From: a virus
Lineage: Duplodnaviria > Caudoviricetes
Length of the DNA: 64,000 nt
IMG/VR virus record: IMGVR_UViG_3300013121_000024
Coordinates: 86,380-150,379 of that record
Strand: one strand, 5' to 3'
Below are positions 55,423 through 64,000 of this stretch, in pieces. Numbering within the stretch: the first letter of the stretch is position 1; every line of letters begins with the position of its first letter. The position numbers were made by a program, and so were the translations under genes. The notes under the pieces are model-generated. The model made no database searches and was not told the DNA's origin. It worked only from the letters and a program-made list of their open reading frames with translations.

Positions 55423-57705
55423 TCATACCTGGTTCAAAACCTCAGAGAAGTTTACATCGGTACCAGTTGCAACGAAATTCAATGTGATAAAGTTGATTGA
55501 TCTTGCAGGTTTAATGAAGATAGATCCAACAAACTGATTGGAATCAACAATATATCCAGGATTATTTGTTTTGTCACAAACAACCAAGAATTCCGTAATG
55601 CCACGTCTTCCCTTAATATTCCTCAGGTAAGGAATAATCTGGTTCTTGAAGTTAGTTCTTGTGATTTCATCATTGAATTCAAATAGGTAGTATTTGGCCG
55701 CTGTAGAAATGGCCTTTTCAAGAACAATGAACAATCTCCTTACATTAATCCTGTCGAAAGCACTTGCCTTTGTCTGTAATGTCTTGTCTCCGTAAAGGAC
55801 AGTTCCCTCTTGTGGGAATGTGACCACCGGATTTATGTTATTCTTATACAAAGTATCTCTGTCAGTCTTTCGAGGATTCCATGCCAGTTTAACAACATTC
55901 TTAAGTTGTCCTCTATTAAATCCAGCAAAAGACCACCATGGATCGTTAGTTCTGTCTGTTCTGACAGCTAATCCTGCACAATCTCCGTTAAGTGGAACCC
56001 ACCTGTAAACGTTGTTGTATCTATCATACATATACTTATAGCCGGAATCCATAAATCCATAACTTGTAACTCTTGCGGAGTTTCTGAAATTGACACAAGC
56101 TTGTGCTTCATTTCCAGTGTTATTTACGACCAATTCCTTTGCTGGCGACAAGAATACAACACAATCTTTACGTACCGTAGCAATATTATCCATAAGATAA
56201 TTGGCCAATTGTGCTCCTTGTGTGCCGCCTCTTGCCTTACCCTGCATAATGAGTGAGATATCGACGTTTTCTGGATCAGCAAACATATCATATGCATTGG
56301 CGAGTACGCCTAGTGATACAGTATTTTCATCAGATCCGTTTTGTCCACAAGCAAAACTGTATACAGCAGGTGCATCACTTGTTGCGGATGTTAAGTTTAC
56401 AGCAGTGTTTGACAATGCTGTGGATCTGTCTACTCCGAACCATACATACTTGGAACTCTGGTTGATAACCTCAGCAAAATAATTGCTCATACCATTATCT
56501 AATTTTGCATCTGAGGCTCTTGATACATTTTTGTAGACCTCAAGTACTGTTCCTGGAACACCACTGAATAATCCATCTTCGTCTGTGACAACAATGTGTG
56601 TTTCATCCTGGGCTGATGTATTTCCAAAATTTAAAACATAGTCAGATTGGCCAGGAGCCTGGTCGATTAGATCATAATATTCCCAAAACCTTGTGAGTGT
56701 GGTTGAAACAGATTGATTAGAAGACAGTGAAAGTCCATCTTCAAAACTTATTGTGAAGAATGCTGCACCATACGTTGCGTTCAGTGTGCTTGTGATACTT
56801 CCAATATTAGTTACTTTCAATGATTGGTAACCATGTGTAGCATTACCAAATTGTAATAAATCTGTGATATTTATTTCAGCGGCCAGTGATGTTGCATTCG
56901 TAATAGCACCAGTTTGCGCTGAACCTCCTGATCCAGCAACCAAACATGTCACGGCCGCAGTATTTCCGTCTACATTGATAGTAACGGTTGCCTCATAATC
57001 TGTAAGATCGATTGTTGAGGTGAAACAATTTGCGGTGTCACACCTGGAAAGCTTTAATGAATCGCCTTTCTTTCCAGGATATCTTGCAATCCATTTTACA
57101 TCCGAGTCGAATGTTCCACTTTTGGCTGTGTAATCATCTTCATTCTTAATGATGCACAATTCGAGATTTGCGACTTGTCCCGTGTTTGCAATTGATGAAA
57201 ATGCCACAGTATTCGGTACTAGCTGGATTGACTCTGTTCCAGTTCCAATAACAGCAGAAGCTGGTGTTATTGTGAATTTTGTTCCATCAACTACCGAGGC
57301 CACAGTACCATGTTGTGAAATATTAGCAGCAGACACTATTAACATTCCTGGAAGAATTCCAGTTGTATCGGCCACAAGTACAGTAGCATTAGCCGCTTCT
57401 GTTGTTACTGAATATATTGGAGATGTACCGGTTGTATTGGCGGCCCTAGAAACCAATAACTGATTACTATCGGCCAAAAATGAAGATCCTACAAACCAAG
57501 TTTCTCCGTTAAAATTGGATGGTTTTCCATACGTATCAACGTAATCGGTCTCTGATGCCATATTGGATAGGACCCCTATTGGACCCCATTCATATACTCC
57601 GGCTAGGCCGCCTTCGGTGGTGGCCACCGCTCCTACAATGGCACTAATGTCATGTTCTTTAACATTTACGCCAGGTGATACTTGGAACGAATTGGTAATT
57701 GCCAT
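55423..57705 (-). CDS. gp18: Tail sheath protein (gp18)
   Basis: VSPGVNVKE, YMYDRYNNVYRWVPLNGD, FDRINVRRLF, IKPARSINFI. Confidence 0.97.
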   Translation of the reverse strand: MAITNSFQVSPGVNVKEHDISAIVGAVATTEGGLAGVYEWGPIGVLSNMASETDYVDTYGKPSNFNGETWFVGSSFLADSNQLLVSRAANTTGTSPIYSVTTEAANATVLVADTTGILPGMLIVSAANISQHGTVASVVDGTKFTITPASAVIGTGTESIQLVPNTVAFSSIANTGQVANLELCIIKNEDDYTAKSGTFDSDVKWIARYPGKKGDSLKLSRCDTANCFTSTIDLTDYEATVTINVDGNTAAVTCLVAGSGGSAQTGAITNATSLAAEINITDLLQFGNATHGYQSLKVTNIGSITSTLNATYGAAFFTISFEDGLSLSSNQSVSTTLTRFWEYYDLIDQAPGQSDYVLNFGNTSAQDETHIVVTDEDGLFSGVPGTVLEVYKNVSRASDAKLDNGMSNYFAEVINQSSKYVWFGVDRSTALSNTAVNLTSATSDAPAVYSFACGQNGSDENTVSLGVLANAYDMFADPENVDISLIMQGKARGGTQGAQLANYLMDNIATVRKDCVVFLSPAKELVVNNTGNEAQACVNFRNSARVTSYGFMDSGYKYMYDRYNNVYRWVPLNGDCAGLAVRTDRTNDPWWSFAGFNRGQLKNVVKLAWNPRKTDRDTLYKNNINPVVTFPQEGTVLYGDKTLQTKASAFDRINVRRLFIVLEKAISTAAKYYLFEFNDEITRTNFKNQIIPYLRNIKGRRGITEFLVVCDKTNNPGYIVDSNQFVGSIFIKPARSINFITLNFVATGTDVNFSEVLNQV

Positions 57706-57747
57706 GTTGATTATTCTCCTTTTACAGGCCTTCTTTGAATTTCTTTC

Positions 57748-57754
57748 TATTTAT
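57748..57754 (-). promoter_or_regulatory. Late promoter ATAAATA
   Basis: Intergenic upstream of gp18. Confidence 0.6.
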
Positions 57755-57767
57755 CGTTTATTCAATC

Positions 57768-59531
57768 TTAAGGCCAATCATTAATGGGCTCGATGTTCCA
57801 GTCTAACCATGTTTTTTGAACAGGAGGTTTATCATCATCGTCTTTATCTTCGTTTGGTCCTGTATCTATGATTCCGAATGGCACTAGATCGTTCATTAAT
57901 TCTTCGTCCGACCGATCTCTCAATCTGTCCAAGGTATTTATTTCCGTATATTCCTTAAAAAAGGACTGGTTTGTCAACCAACCAAACAATACCAATCCCA
58001 TAACTATATCATCATTATTTCCAGGTTCTGCCTCATAAGATTGTTTATTTTTGGAAAATACAGAAAATTCATGAATGGTGTCAAAATCGTTAACAATAAA
58101 TTGGTTCTGTTCGATCAATAGTTTGATCATGGAACAGCCTACATTTTTCACACCCTTTGTTGTTCTTATTCCTAAATCACTAGTTCTTCCAGAAAACCCG
58201 GATGAAATCTGTTTTCCTATGCGACCATGGTTCTCAGTAAATAACATATCAGTATACTCATAATCATAGTATACAACAGAAGCTACTTGTTCTCCAATGT
58301 CATTCGATTCTATCAAAAGTAGTGCATTATTATACAGCTTACAGAAACGGTGTATTATTTCAGCATATTCGATAGGTGTGATTAAATTGCTTTTATATAC
58401 CATTACCTGGTCATATGGCATTTTTGTCACATCAATTATTGAAAATGCAGAATAATCAAGGCCTTTTCCGCGAGATACGTCAGCCACACAAGCGTATTTG
58501 TGTCCACTAACAGGAAGCTTGTACTGTTTAATTCCTTCTTTTTGGAGTATAGGTATCTGGTCTACCAGTTCTTTGAGTTTCCAACCTGCAATAAGTGTTC
58601 CTGAAGAACCTAGGTATTGATTTTCAAACTCAGCCGCAAATTTATCATTATCAAAGTTCATGGCTGCCAGTGTTTCTTGTTTCCAGGCCTCATCTCTGCC
58701 TGGAACCTCCCACCATGGAACTGAAATCAGGTGATATCCATTTTTGTGATTTCTTGCATTGGTAGTTATTTTATAAAAGTGATTCAGTCCATTTACCGTG
58801 GATACAAGTATGACTTTGGTGGACTGTCCAGATGAAATGGTAGGAAAGACTCCGGCAAAGAAGTCGTCGAAGTTTTCAACGAATGCGGCCTCATCTACCA
58901 GTAGTAGGTTTACAGAAAATCCACGAATTGTACTACTACCTGTCGCAGCCGCCATGACTTTAGAACCATTTTCAAGCTCAAACGAGCCTTTGTTCCATTC
59001 TACCACACCCTGTTGTAACCATTTTGGTAGATGCTCATACGCCAACTGGATTCTACTGAGAATTTCCCTCGCTGTTTCACCTTTGTTGGCCAGAATAGCC
59101 ACGTGTTTGTGCTCGTGAAATATGATATACCATAGTACAAGAACGGTTATGGCCGTGGTATTGTGTGATAGTATATCATTGGTATACAATCGGTGTGTTG
59201 GAGAATCCACCGAGACATCAAACATGTTAGAATATCGTTTTGTTGAATAAACCGAAATTACCCGTTCGGGTCCTGACTTGGTAATAATACTGGTTTCACC
59301 AGGAATACAATCCTTGACGAATATTTGGTCCATAGATTCGGTGAATATAATGTGTGTGTCCGCACAAATCAGTGATTTTCCTGTTTCTGTTACTATCACC
59401 CATTCTTGGTATTCCACGGTTTTGTGTATGGCTGAAATGTCATGCCAACCGGTATCTGTTTCTATTTCCCAATCAGAAATATCAATGGAATCAACAAATT
59501 TTCTGGTTATGCTGTCAGAAAGTTCAGGCAT
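57768..59531 (-). CDS. gp17: Terminase large subunit C-terminal fragment behind a split intein C-half
   Basis: 124 aa IntC ending ILSHN|TT, then LANK, DEAAF, DVSRGKGLDYS, NDDIVM. Confidence 0.93.
   Translation of the reverse strand: MPELSDSITRKFVDSIDISDWEIETDTGWHDISAIHKTVEYQEWVIVTETGKSLICADTHIIFTESMDQIFVKDCIPGETSIITKSGPERVISVYSTKRYSNMFDVSVDSPTHRLYTNDILSHNTTAITVLVLWYIIFHEHKHVAILANKGETAREILSRIQLAYEHLPKWLQQGVVEWNKGSFELENGSKVMAAATGSSTIRGFSVNLLLVDEAAFVENFDDFFAGVFPTISSGQSTKVILVSTVNGLNHFYKITTNARNHKNGYHLISVPWWEVPGRDEAWKQETLAAMNFDNDKFAAEFENQYLGSSGTLIAGWKLKELVDQIPILQKEGIKQYKLPVSGHKYACVADVSRGKGLDYSAFSIIDVTKMPYDQVMVYKSNLITPIEYAEIIHRFCKLYNNALLLIESNDIGEQVASVVYYDYEYTDMLFTENHGRIGKQISSGFSGRTSDLGIRTTKGVKNVGCSMIKLLIEQNQFIVNDFDTIHEFSVFSKNKQSYEAEPGNNDDIVMGLVLFGWLTNQSFFKEYTEINTLDRLRDRSDEELMNDLVPFGIIDTGPNEDKDDDDKPPVQKTWLDWNIEPINDWP
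59160..59531 (-). mobile_element. Atypically split intein, long C-half (TerL)
   Basis: Contains block B (ICADTH) and blocks F/G. Confidence 0.88.
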
Positions 59532-59771
59532 TCTTGTATAACTCTTATAACTCTTTCTTTGTCGGATCGGTAATCACGTTCCCATATGACCAAGACTTTA
59601 AATCCCTTTCGTTCAGCAATGAGTTTCTTTTTTCTATCTTGTATCCATATATTTCTTGCTAATGTAATCGTAACCTTCTATTCCTGAATCATATTTGGAA
59701 AGCCTTTTTTGTTTTTGTTTTTCAAGTATCTTGGCTCTGTTTTCCAGATAACGATCGTTTTTGTAGGTCAT
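59507..59771 (-). pseudogene. Internally deleted Vsr/EDxHD-type homing endonuclease relic between the terL halves
   Basis: N-piece MTYKNDRYLENRAK...GIEGYDYI and, in another frame, C-piece NIWIQDRKKKLIAERKGFKVLVIWERDY...IQECLNFL. Confidence 0.7.
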
Positions 59772-60138
59772 AAAATTCTCCAATGGTTGTCTTGTGTATT
59801 TCACCCGTGGTTTTGTTCCGTATATTTATACGAGTATGATATTCAAGGCACTTTCCTGCTTGTCTGGAACATTCCGCGACCGTAAACCTGTGTTCCTTCG
59901 CAGTGTTAACTATTTCCTTTTGGTATGGGTAAAGGTTAATGGTAATCAGTCCCTTATCCACATTCACAATTTTCATATGTTTTTCGGCAAAATAAATGGG
60001 GTCTTGTGAACACTTGATGTATTCCTCGACCATCTCCGGAGTCCAATCTATTTGTACTCCACACTTTTTAAGCTGAGAGTTACCCAGGTAGCCTTTGAAG
60101 TTTTTGTAATTTATGTTGTGTTGATTATGGTTGGACAT
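59722..60138 (-). CDS. gp17: Terminase large subunit N-terminal fragment plus 42-aa split intein N-half
   Basis: YLGN..LK, KCSQDPIYF, LYPYQ, SRQAGK|CLEYHT. Confidence 0.92.
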   Translation of the reverse strand: MSNHNQHNINYKNFKGYLGNSQLKKCGVQIDWTPEMVEEYIKCSQDPIYFAEKHMKIVNVDKGLITINLYPYQKEIVNTAKEHRFTVAECSRQAGKCLEYHTRINIRNKTTGEIHKTTIGEFYDLQKRSLSGKQSQDT

Positions 60139-60616
60139 TTGTCGCCGTTGTATTAGATGTTAGAGATTTCACCATATTTGCCAGGTCGTTGGTTGTCATG
60201 GTTACGATTAAATTTTGATTTATTGTCTTTGATCCTGACTCTCCATTTTCATCCAGTCGTTTTAATGTAAGTTCGTTATCTATTTTCTTAACTTCCATTA
60301 GTTCACGGTTTGCCTGAGAAGTAGCTTTGATCATCTCCGTTAATGCTGTAAAAACTTTTGCACTCTGGGATGAAATGGCCAGATTATATAATTCACCACT
60401 TGATTTTACTCCAATACCAACCAGTTCTCTTAAACTTTCTCTAGAAAATTCCGCATCTTCAATGGCCGTTGACACTTTTACTTGTATGGCCTCTGGTAGA
60501 ATTCTTTCTGCGGCCTCTTCTGGAGTCAATCCTAAATCATTAACAAGAGATTTGGAAGCTTCGAAGTTGGGTATTTCTGTTGTACTAACTACTATTGCGT
60601 TTTTCCCAGTTATCAT
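60125..60616 (-). CDS. gp16: Terminase small subunit (gp16)
   Basis: DAEFSRESL, TTNDL; position between gp15 and gp17. Confidence 0.8.
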   Translation of the reverse strand: MITGKNAIVVSTTEIPNFEASKSLVNDLGLTPEEAAERILPEAIQVKVSTAIEDAEFSRESLRELVGIGVKSSGELYNLAISSQSAKVFTALTEMIKATSQANRELMEVKKIDNELTLKRLDENGESGSKTINQNLIVTMTTNDLANMVKSLTSNTTATNVQP

Positions 60617-60618
60617 TA

Positions 60619-61425
60619 TTACATTCCTTCTTCAATATCCGTTATATATCCAAAATCATCTGTGGCATATATTTCTGAAGCGGCGATTGATTGACTAGAA
60701 TTGGAGGTTGGTGAACCGTTTGCCAATAGACCGGGTTTTATAGAAATTGTCGTTATAGCATCATTTCCTGTGTTTGATTCATAAGCAGAAACATTAATAA
60801 ATTTGATGATAGGTTTATCCTTGATCCTTCCATAAAGGAATCCTTTGACGGTAAATGTCAGTGTCCAAATTATTGCCCTTCGATTTTTCATCTCTGAGTC
60901 ATAAGTGTCTTGTTGCTCTATGTTACTATGTAGTACTACCGGCACGTCTCTAATTTCATCCATGTCTGGAATAAGTTCGGCCGTGACTGTCCAATCTGGT
61001 GTGAAATAAGGGCAGATTTGTTCTACGATTTTAGTACCGTCCTCTGCATTTTTCACATATATGTATAATTTGAATTCAAAATTGTACGGTACAGGAGCGT
61101 ATTGTACTTTAAGTTTATTGGCATTTGTTGACAATTTGGATATTCTACTAAGAGTGTTAGGTTTCCTGTAACTGTCATAGTACATATTTGTCATTTCGAA
61201 TGACATTCTTGGTAGTATATTGACGGCCGTAGGTCTATCGATGTTCGGATCCTGCAATACCCTGGCCAACATTTTGTCTTTGGGCGCATAAGTCAATGGC
61301 ACGCGCAAGGCCGCCAAAGTATTACCATTAGCATCTTCTCTAGTGATATTTATTTCCGCAAATAATGATCCAAACAAAATAACCATTTTTCTGATGGATC
61401 CATGATAAAAATCACTGTCAAACAT
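60619..61425 (-). CDS. gp15: Tail sheath stabiliser/completion protein (gp15)
   Basis: FYHGSIRK..ILFGSLF, VPLTYAPK, LPRMSFE, EQICPYFTP. Confidence 0.93.
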   Translation of the reverse strand: MFDSDFYHGSIRKMVILFGSLFAEINITREDANGNTLAALRVPLTYAPKDKMLARVLQDPNIDRPTAVNILPRMSFEMTNMYYDSYRKPNTLSRISKLSTNANKLKVQYAPVPYNFEFKLYIYVKNAEDGTKIVEQICPYFTPDWTVTAELIPDMDEIRDVPVVLHSNIEQQDTYDSEMKNRRAIIWTLTFTVKGFLYGRIKDKPIIKFINVSAYESNTGNDAITTISIKPGLLANGSPTSNSSQSIAASEIYATDDFGYITDIEEGM

Positions 61426-62324
61426 TAATGTGTGGCCTTATATCTTGATAAAACGTCTTTTGCTTGTTTTACCGTCAACTTTCCTTTACCACCCGATTCC
61501 TTATTTAATATGGTGTTGAATTCTTTGTTTGCTTTTCCTATACTCTGTTCAACATCTTTTAATTTTTCAGGTGAAACATTCCTTCTTCCTACATTTTTCC
61601 AAGGATTGTCAGCAGTTATTGCCGGTAAAGGAGGATAAACAGATTTGAGAGTATTTGTTAGTCCAGATGTCTCTTGTGCTTTCCTATGCAACGCTGATAT
61701 GGCCAGTGTTTTCAGCTCACCCCTCTTTTTAGCATTGGCCAACGTAGTCGGGGTTGAAGGTGCATATTCCAATCCATGGGACTGCAAAATCTTATTGACA
61801 ATTGCTTTGGATGGAATATCATTTCCTGTGGCCCGCGCCGAGGCCTCCACATCACTGTAATAAGAGCCAGCGCTCCTTTTTGGTAACAATTCTTTCATTT
61901 TATTCTGTTTTTCCACTTGTGTAACACCACTAGACCAAACTTCTTTTTTAGCTTTGGTGACCAGTTGATTAACATATTCTGATCCGCTCAATTTTTTGGC
62001 CTTTTGGATTATAGTATTGCTTAATTGTTGTCTATTTACACTTGGATCATTGGGATTAATTCCGTAAGAGGCATATAGTTTTTTAAGATCGGCGCCTGTT
62101 GGAATTGGAGGAGGAATATTATTCGACGTTACAGTATCTCCAACAAACCGATCAAATTCTGGATTTTTTCCAGGAGAAGATACTCCAGATTTTGCGGCCT
62201 TTCGTCTCTCTATAGCCCCACGAATTGCATTATATCCCTTTTTTACTAACCAACCAGCGGCCATGGCCAGTAATGGATCGAATCCACGACCAGACCTAAT
62301 TACGTTTTTTACTTGTCTTTTCAT
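61425..62324 (-). CDS. Basic hypothetical protein inserted between gp14 and gp15
   Basis: 299 aa Lys-rich ORF, TAATG-coupled to gp15. Confidence 0.6.
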   Translation of the reverse strand: MKRQVKNVIRSGRGFDPLLAMAAGWLVKKGYNAIRGAIERRKAAKSGVSSPGKNPEFDRFVGDTVTSNNIPPPIPTGADLKKLYASYGINPNDPSVNRQQLSNTIIQKAKKLSGSEYVNQLVTKAKKEVWSSGVTQVEKQNKMKELLPKRSAGSYYSDVEASARATGNDIPSKAIVNKILQSHGLEYAPSTPTTLANAKKRGELKTLAISALHRKAQETSGLTNTLKSVYPPLPAITADNPWKNVGRRNVSPEKLKDVEQSIGKANKEFNTILNKESGGKGKLTVKQAKDVLSRYKATH

Positions 62325-62331
62325 GTTTTTC

Positions 62332-63051
62332 CTATTCTACATCAGGTTCGCTAAAGGGATTAATTTCACTCCAGTCAATAAATGTGAATCCTTCTTCTTC
62401 AATCATTTCGTTTTCAGAATCAACAGGTTCCACATATTCCGAATTCACCAAATAGTGGTCTGTACTTGTTAACAGTCTATCTCCTTGTGAGGTGAGTATT
62501 CCAAAGTTGAATATATTGTTATCGAGTCCAGTATATTTAGAATCTATTTCTTCTATTCCAGTATTTATTACTTCTCCGGAGTATTCGAATAGTTCACAGT
62601 GAAGGTCATAAGTAACTAATGTGCCCAAAGGATAGAAAAATGGCTTATCGTCTACGAATTTTATTTGAAAACACTTCTGGTTAAGTGGAAACCAAATAAG
62701 ATCACCTTCATTTGGTCTTAATATTTCTGCCCTTTTACTCACATCTTGTTCAAAGGTGCGTCTTGATACTGTGAATACTATTCTATCTCGTATTTCTAGT
62801 CCAAATTTGGATAGAAATGTTCCGTCACCCTGAAACCCATCAATCGATTTAACATACATTTCTATTTGATAAGCAGAATCATACCGTACCGTATCCGAAG
62901 AACCGTAAATAGGATCATATTTCACCAGTGTCTTCGGCAGATAAAACATATCCTGTCCATAAACTTTCAAACTCTCGGACACCAGGCTGTGTATTACGTC
63001 CTGTTCTAAACTGTTTTGAAAATTGTTAAAAAATGTTGAAGTTGGACACAT
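62332..63051 (-). CDS. gp14: Neck protein (gp14)
   Basis: SKFGLEIRD, RPNEGDLIWFP, CELFEYSGE, NPFSE. Confidence 0.93.
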   Translation of the reverse strand: MCPTSTFFNNFQNSLEQDVIHSLVSESLKVYGQDMFYLPKTLVKYDPIYGSSDTVRYDSAYQIEMYVKSIDGFQGDGTFLSKFGLEIRDRIVFTVSRRTFEQDVSKRAEILRPNEGDLIWFPLNQKCFQIKFVDDKPFFYPLGTLVTYDLHCELFEYSGEVINTGIEEIDSKYTGLDNNIFNFGILTSQGDRLLTSTDHYLVNSEYVEPVDSENEMIEEEGFTFIDWSEINPFSEPDVE

Positions 63052-63083
63052 GTTTTATGTACTCCATTTTATGTGTTATTGAG

Positions 63084-63090
63084 TATTTAG
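63084..63090 (-). promoter_or_regulatory. Late promoter CTAAATA
   Basis: Intergenic upstream of gp14. Confidence 0.55.
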
Positions 63091-63104
63091 TAAATGTGTG
63101 TATT

Positions 63105-63842
63105 TCAACCCATAAGATCAGTTACCGGCAAAGAATATGACCGTATTGTATCTTTTTCTATCTGCTCTATTTCTGTTACCGCTTCATTGTATATTTGTTG
63201 TCCATTAAATGTTAGTCCTCCAGGCAGTGGTATACCACTGAATTTTTTAATTCCTTCTCCAAATTGTCTTTTAACCAGGGCGGTACCATATTTTAATAGC
63301 CAACGATCTGTCCATACATGAGGAAAGTCATCCGGATCGATTACAGAGTAACATTCCACGATTAGAAAGTCACCGGCGGCCATTCTGTCCCAATCCATAT
63401 CCAAATAAAGACGTCCTTCATGCCTGTTAAATCTAATTAATTGTTTTCCAACAAGTAATTGTTGAATTAATTCCAGGTGTTGGAAAGTCATGTAAAACGG
63501 AACCAAAGAGAAATTAAGTAGTGAATACATATCATTGAGTGCTATTTGGTATCGTATATCAAACATATTTCTAGATCCAAGTACTGTACTAAGATCAAAT
63601 ATTCGTACAACACCGATAATATTCTCTGGTAACTCAATGTACTTATTTTCTATGATGTCTTCTGTTAGTTCAACTTTGTAATACTGTGGTTTGGAACCAT
63701 CATAATGATAGTCGTTCCACCATGAGAGTGCATCATCTATTCTATCTTCTATTTGTTCATCGGTTACATTTATTTCAGCGATAGGATATCCTAGGCGCCG
63801 AAGTATATATTCTTTGAATTCTTTTCTGTTACTTGGAAGCAT
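63105..63842 (-). CDS. gp13: Neck protein (gp13)
   Basis: YILRRLG.P..EINV, YHYDG, LPGGLTFNGQQIY. Confidence 0.94.
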   Translation of the reverse strand: MLPSNRKEFKEYILRRLGYPIAEINVTDEQIEDRIDDALSWWNDYHYDGSKPQYYKVELTEDIIENKYIELPENIIGVVRIFDLSTVLGSRNMFDIRYQIALNDMYSLLNFSLVPFYMTFQHLELIQQLLVGKQLIRFNRHEGRLYLDMDWDRMAAGDFLIVECYSVIDPDDFPHVWTDRWLLKYGTALVKRQFGEGIKKFSGIPLPGGLTFNGQQIYNEAVTEIEQIEKDTIRSYSLPVTDLMG

Positions 63843-63854
63843 ATTTTTATCCTT

Positions 63855-64000
63855 TTAACTGCGAGAAATTACAACACAAATTCCATTTGCGCCATTTCCG
63901 CCAGCACCTGAATTGCCAATATTATCGAAGCCGGCTCCACCTCCTCCTCCGCCTCCACCATAAAGGCCTCCGTTACCTCCTGCTCCAGCATTTGTGGTAT
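63855..64000 (-). CDS. C-terminal end of a glycine-rich virion/fibre protein (partial)
   Basis: Hand translation NAGAGGNGGLYGGGGGGGGAG...GGNGANGICVVISRS-stop. Confidence 0.65.
   Translation of the reverse strand, partial: TTNAGAGGNGGLYGGGGGGGGAGFDNIGNSGAGGNGANGICVVISRS

Noticed and set aside
59354-59662. 102-aa plus-strand ORF in the terL gap
   Set aside because: Antisense to the C-intein and the endonuclease relic; no independent evidence

Overview
A 64 kb segment of a large T4-like (Tevenvirinae-related) myophage genome; almost every gene is on the minus strand. Reading right to left: neck, terminase, tail and head module (gp13, 14, 15, 16, 17, 18, 19, 20, 67, 21, 22, 23, 3); uvsY, uvsW and gp55; gp47 and gp46; accessory genes (PRTase, RlpA, peptide deformylase, DUF4338, vWA); gp45, 44, 62 and regA; a cluster of 5 tRNAs; gp43, uvsX and gp41; a late-promoter block of putative internal head proteins; gp61 primase; and the 5' end of a class II ribonucleotide reductase. 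Standout observations: (1) five inteins, two of them naturally split. uvsX is fractured around an intact HNH gene. terL is fractured around an internally deleted endonuclease relic and has an atypically short N-intein. (2) A Tat-like signal peptide fused to a stand-alone tail-sheath C-terminal-like domain in the replication region. (3) A perfect 65-bp inverted repeat about 36 kb apart carrying overlapping divergent promoter-like hexamers, in front of primase and gp55. (4) Enzyme-like proteins with T4-type capsid-targeting N-termini. (5) Non-canonical tRNAs and candidate structured RNAs. All family assignments come from motif recognition by eye; no database searches were run.
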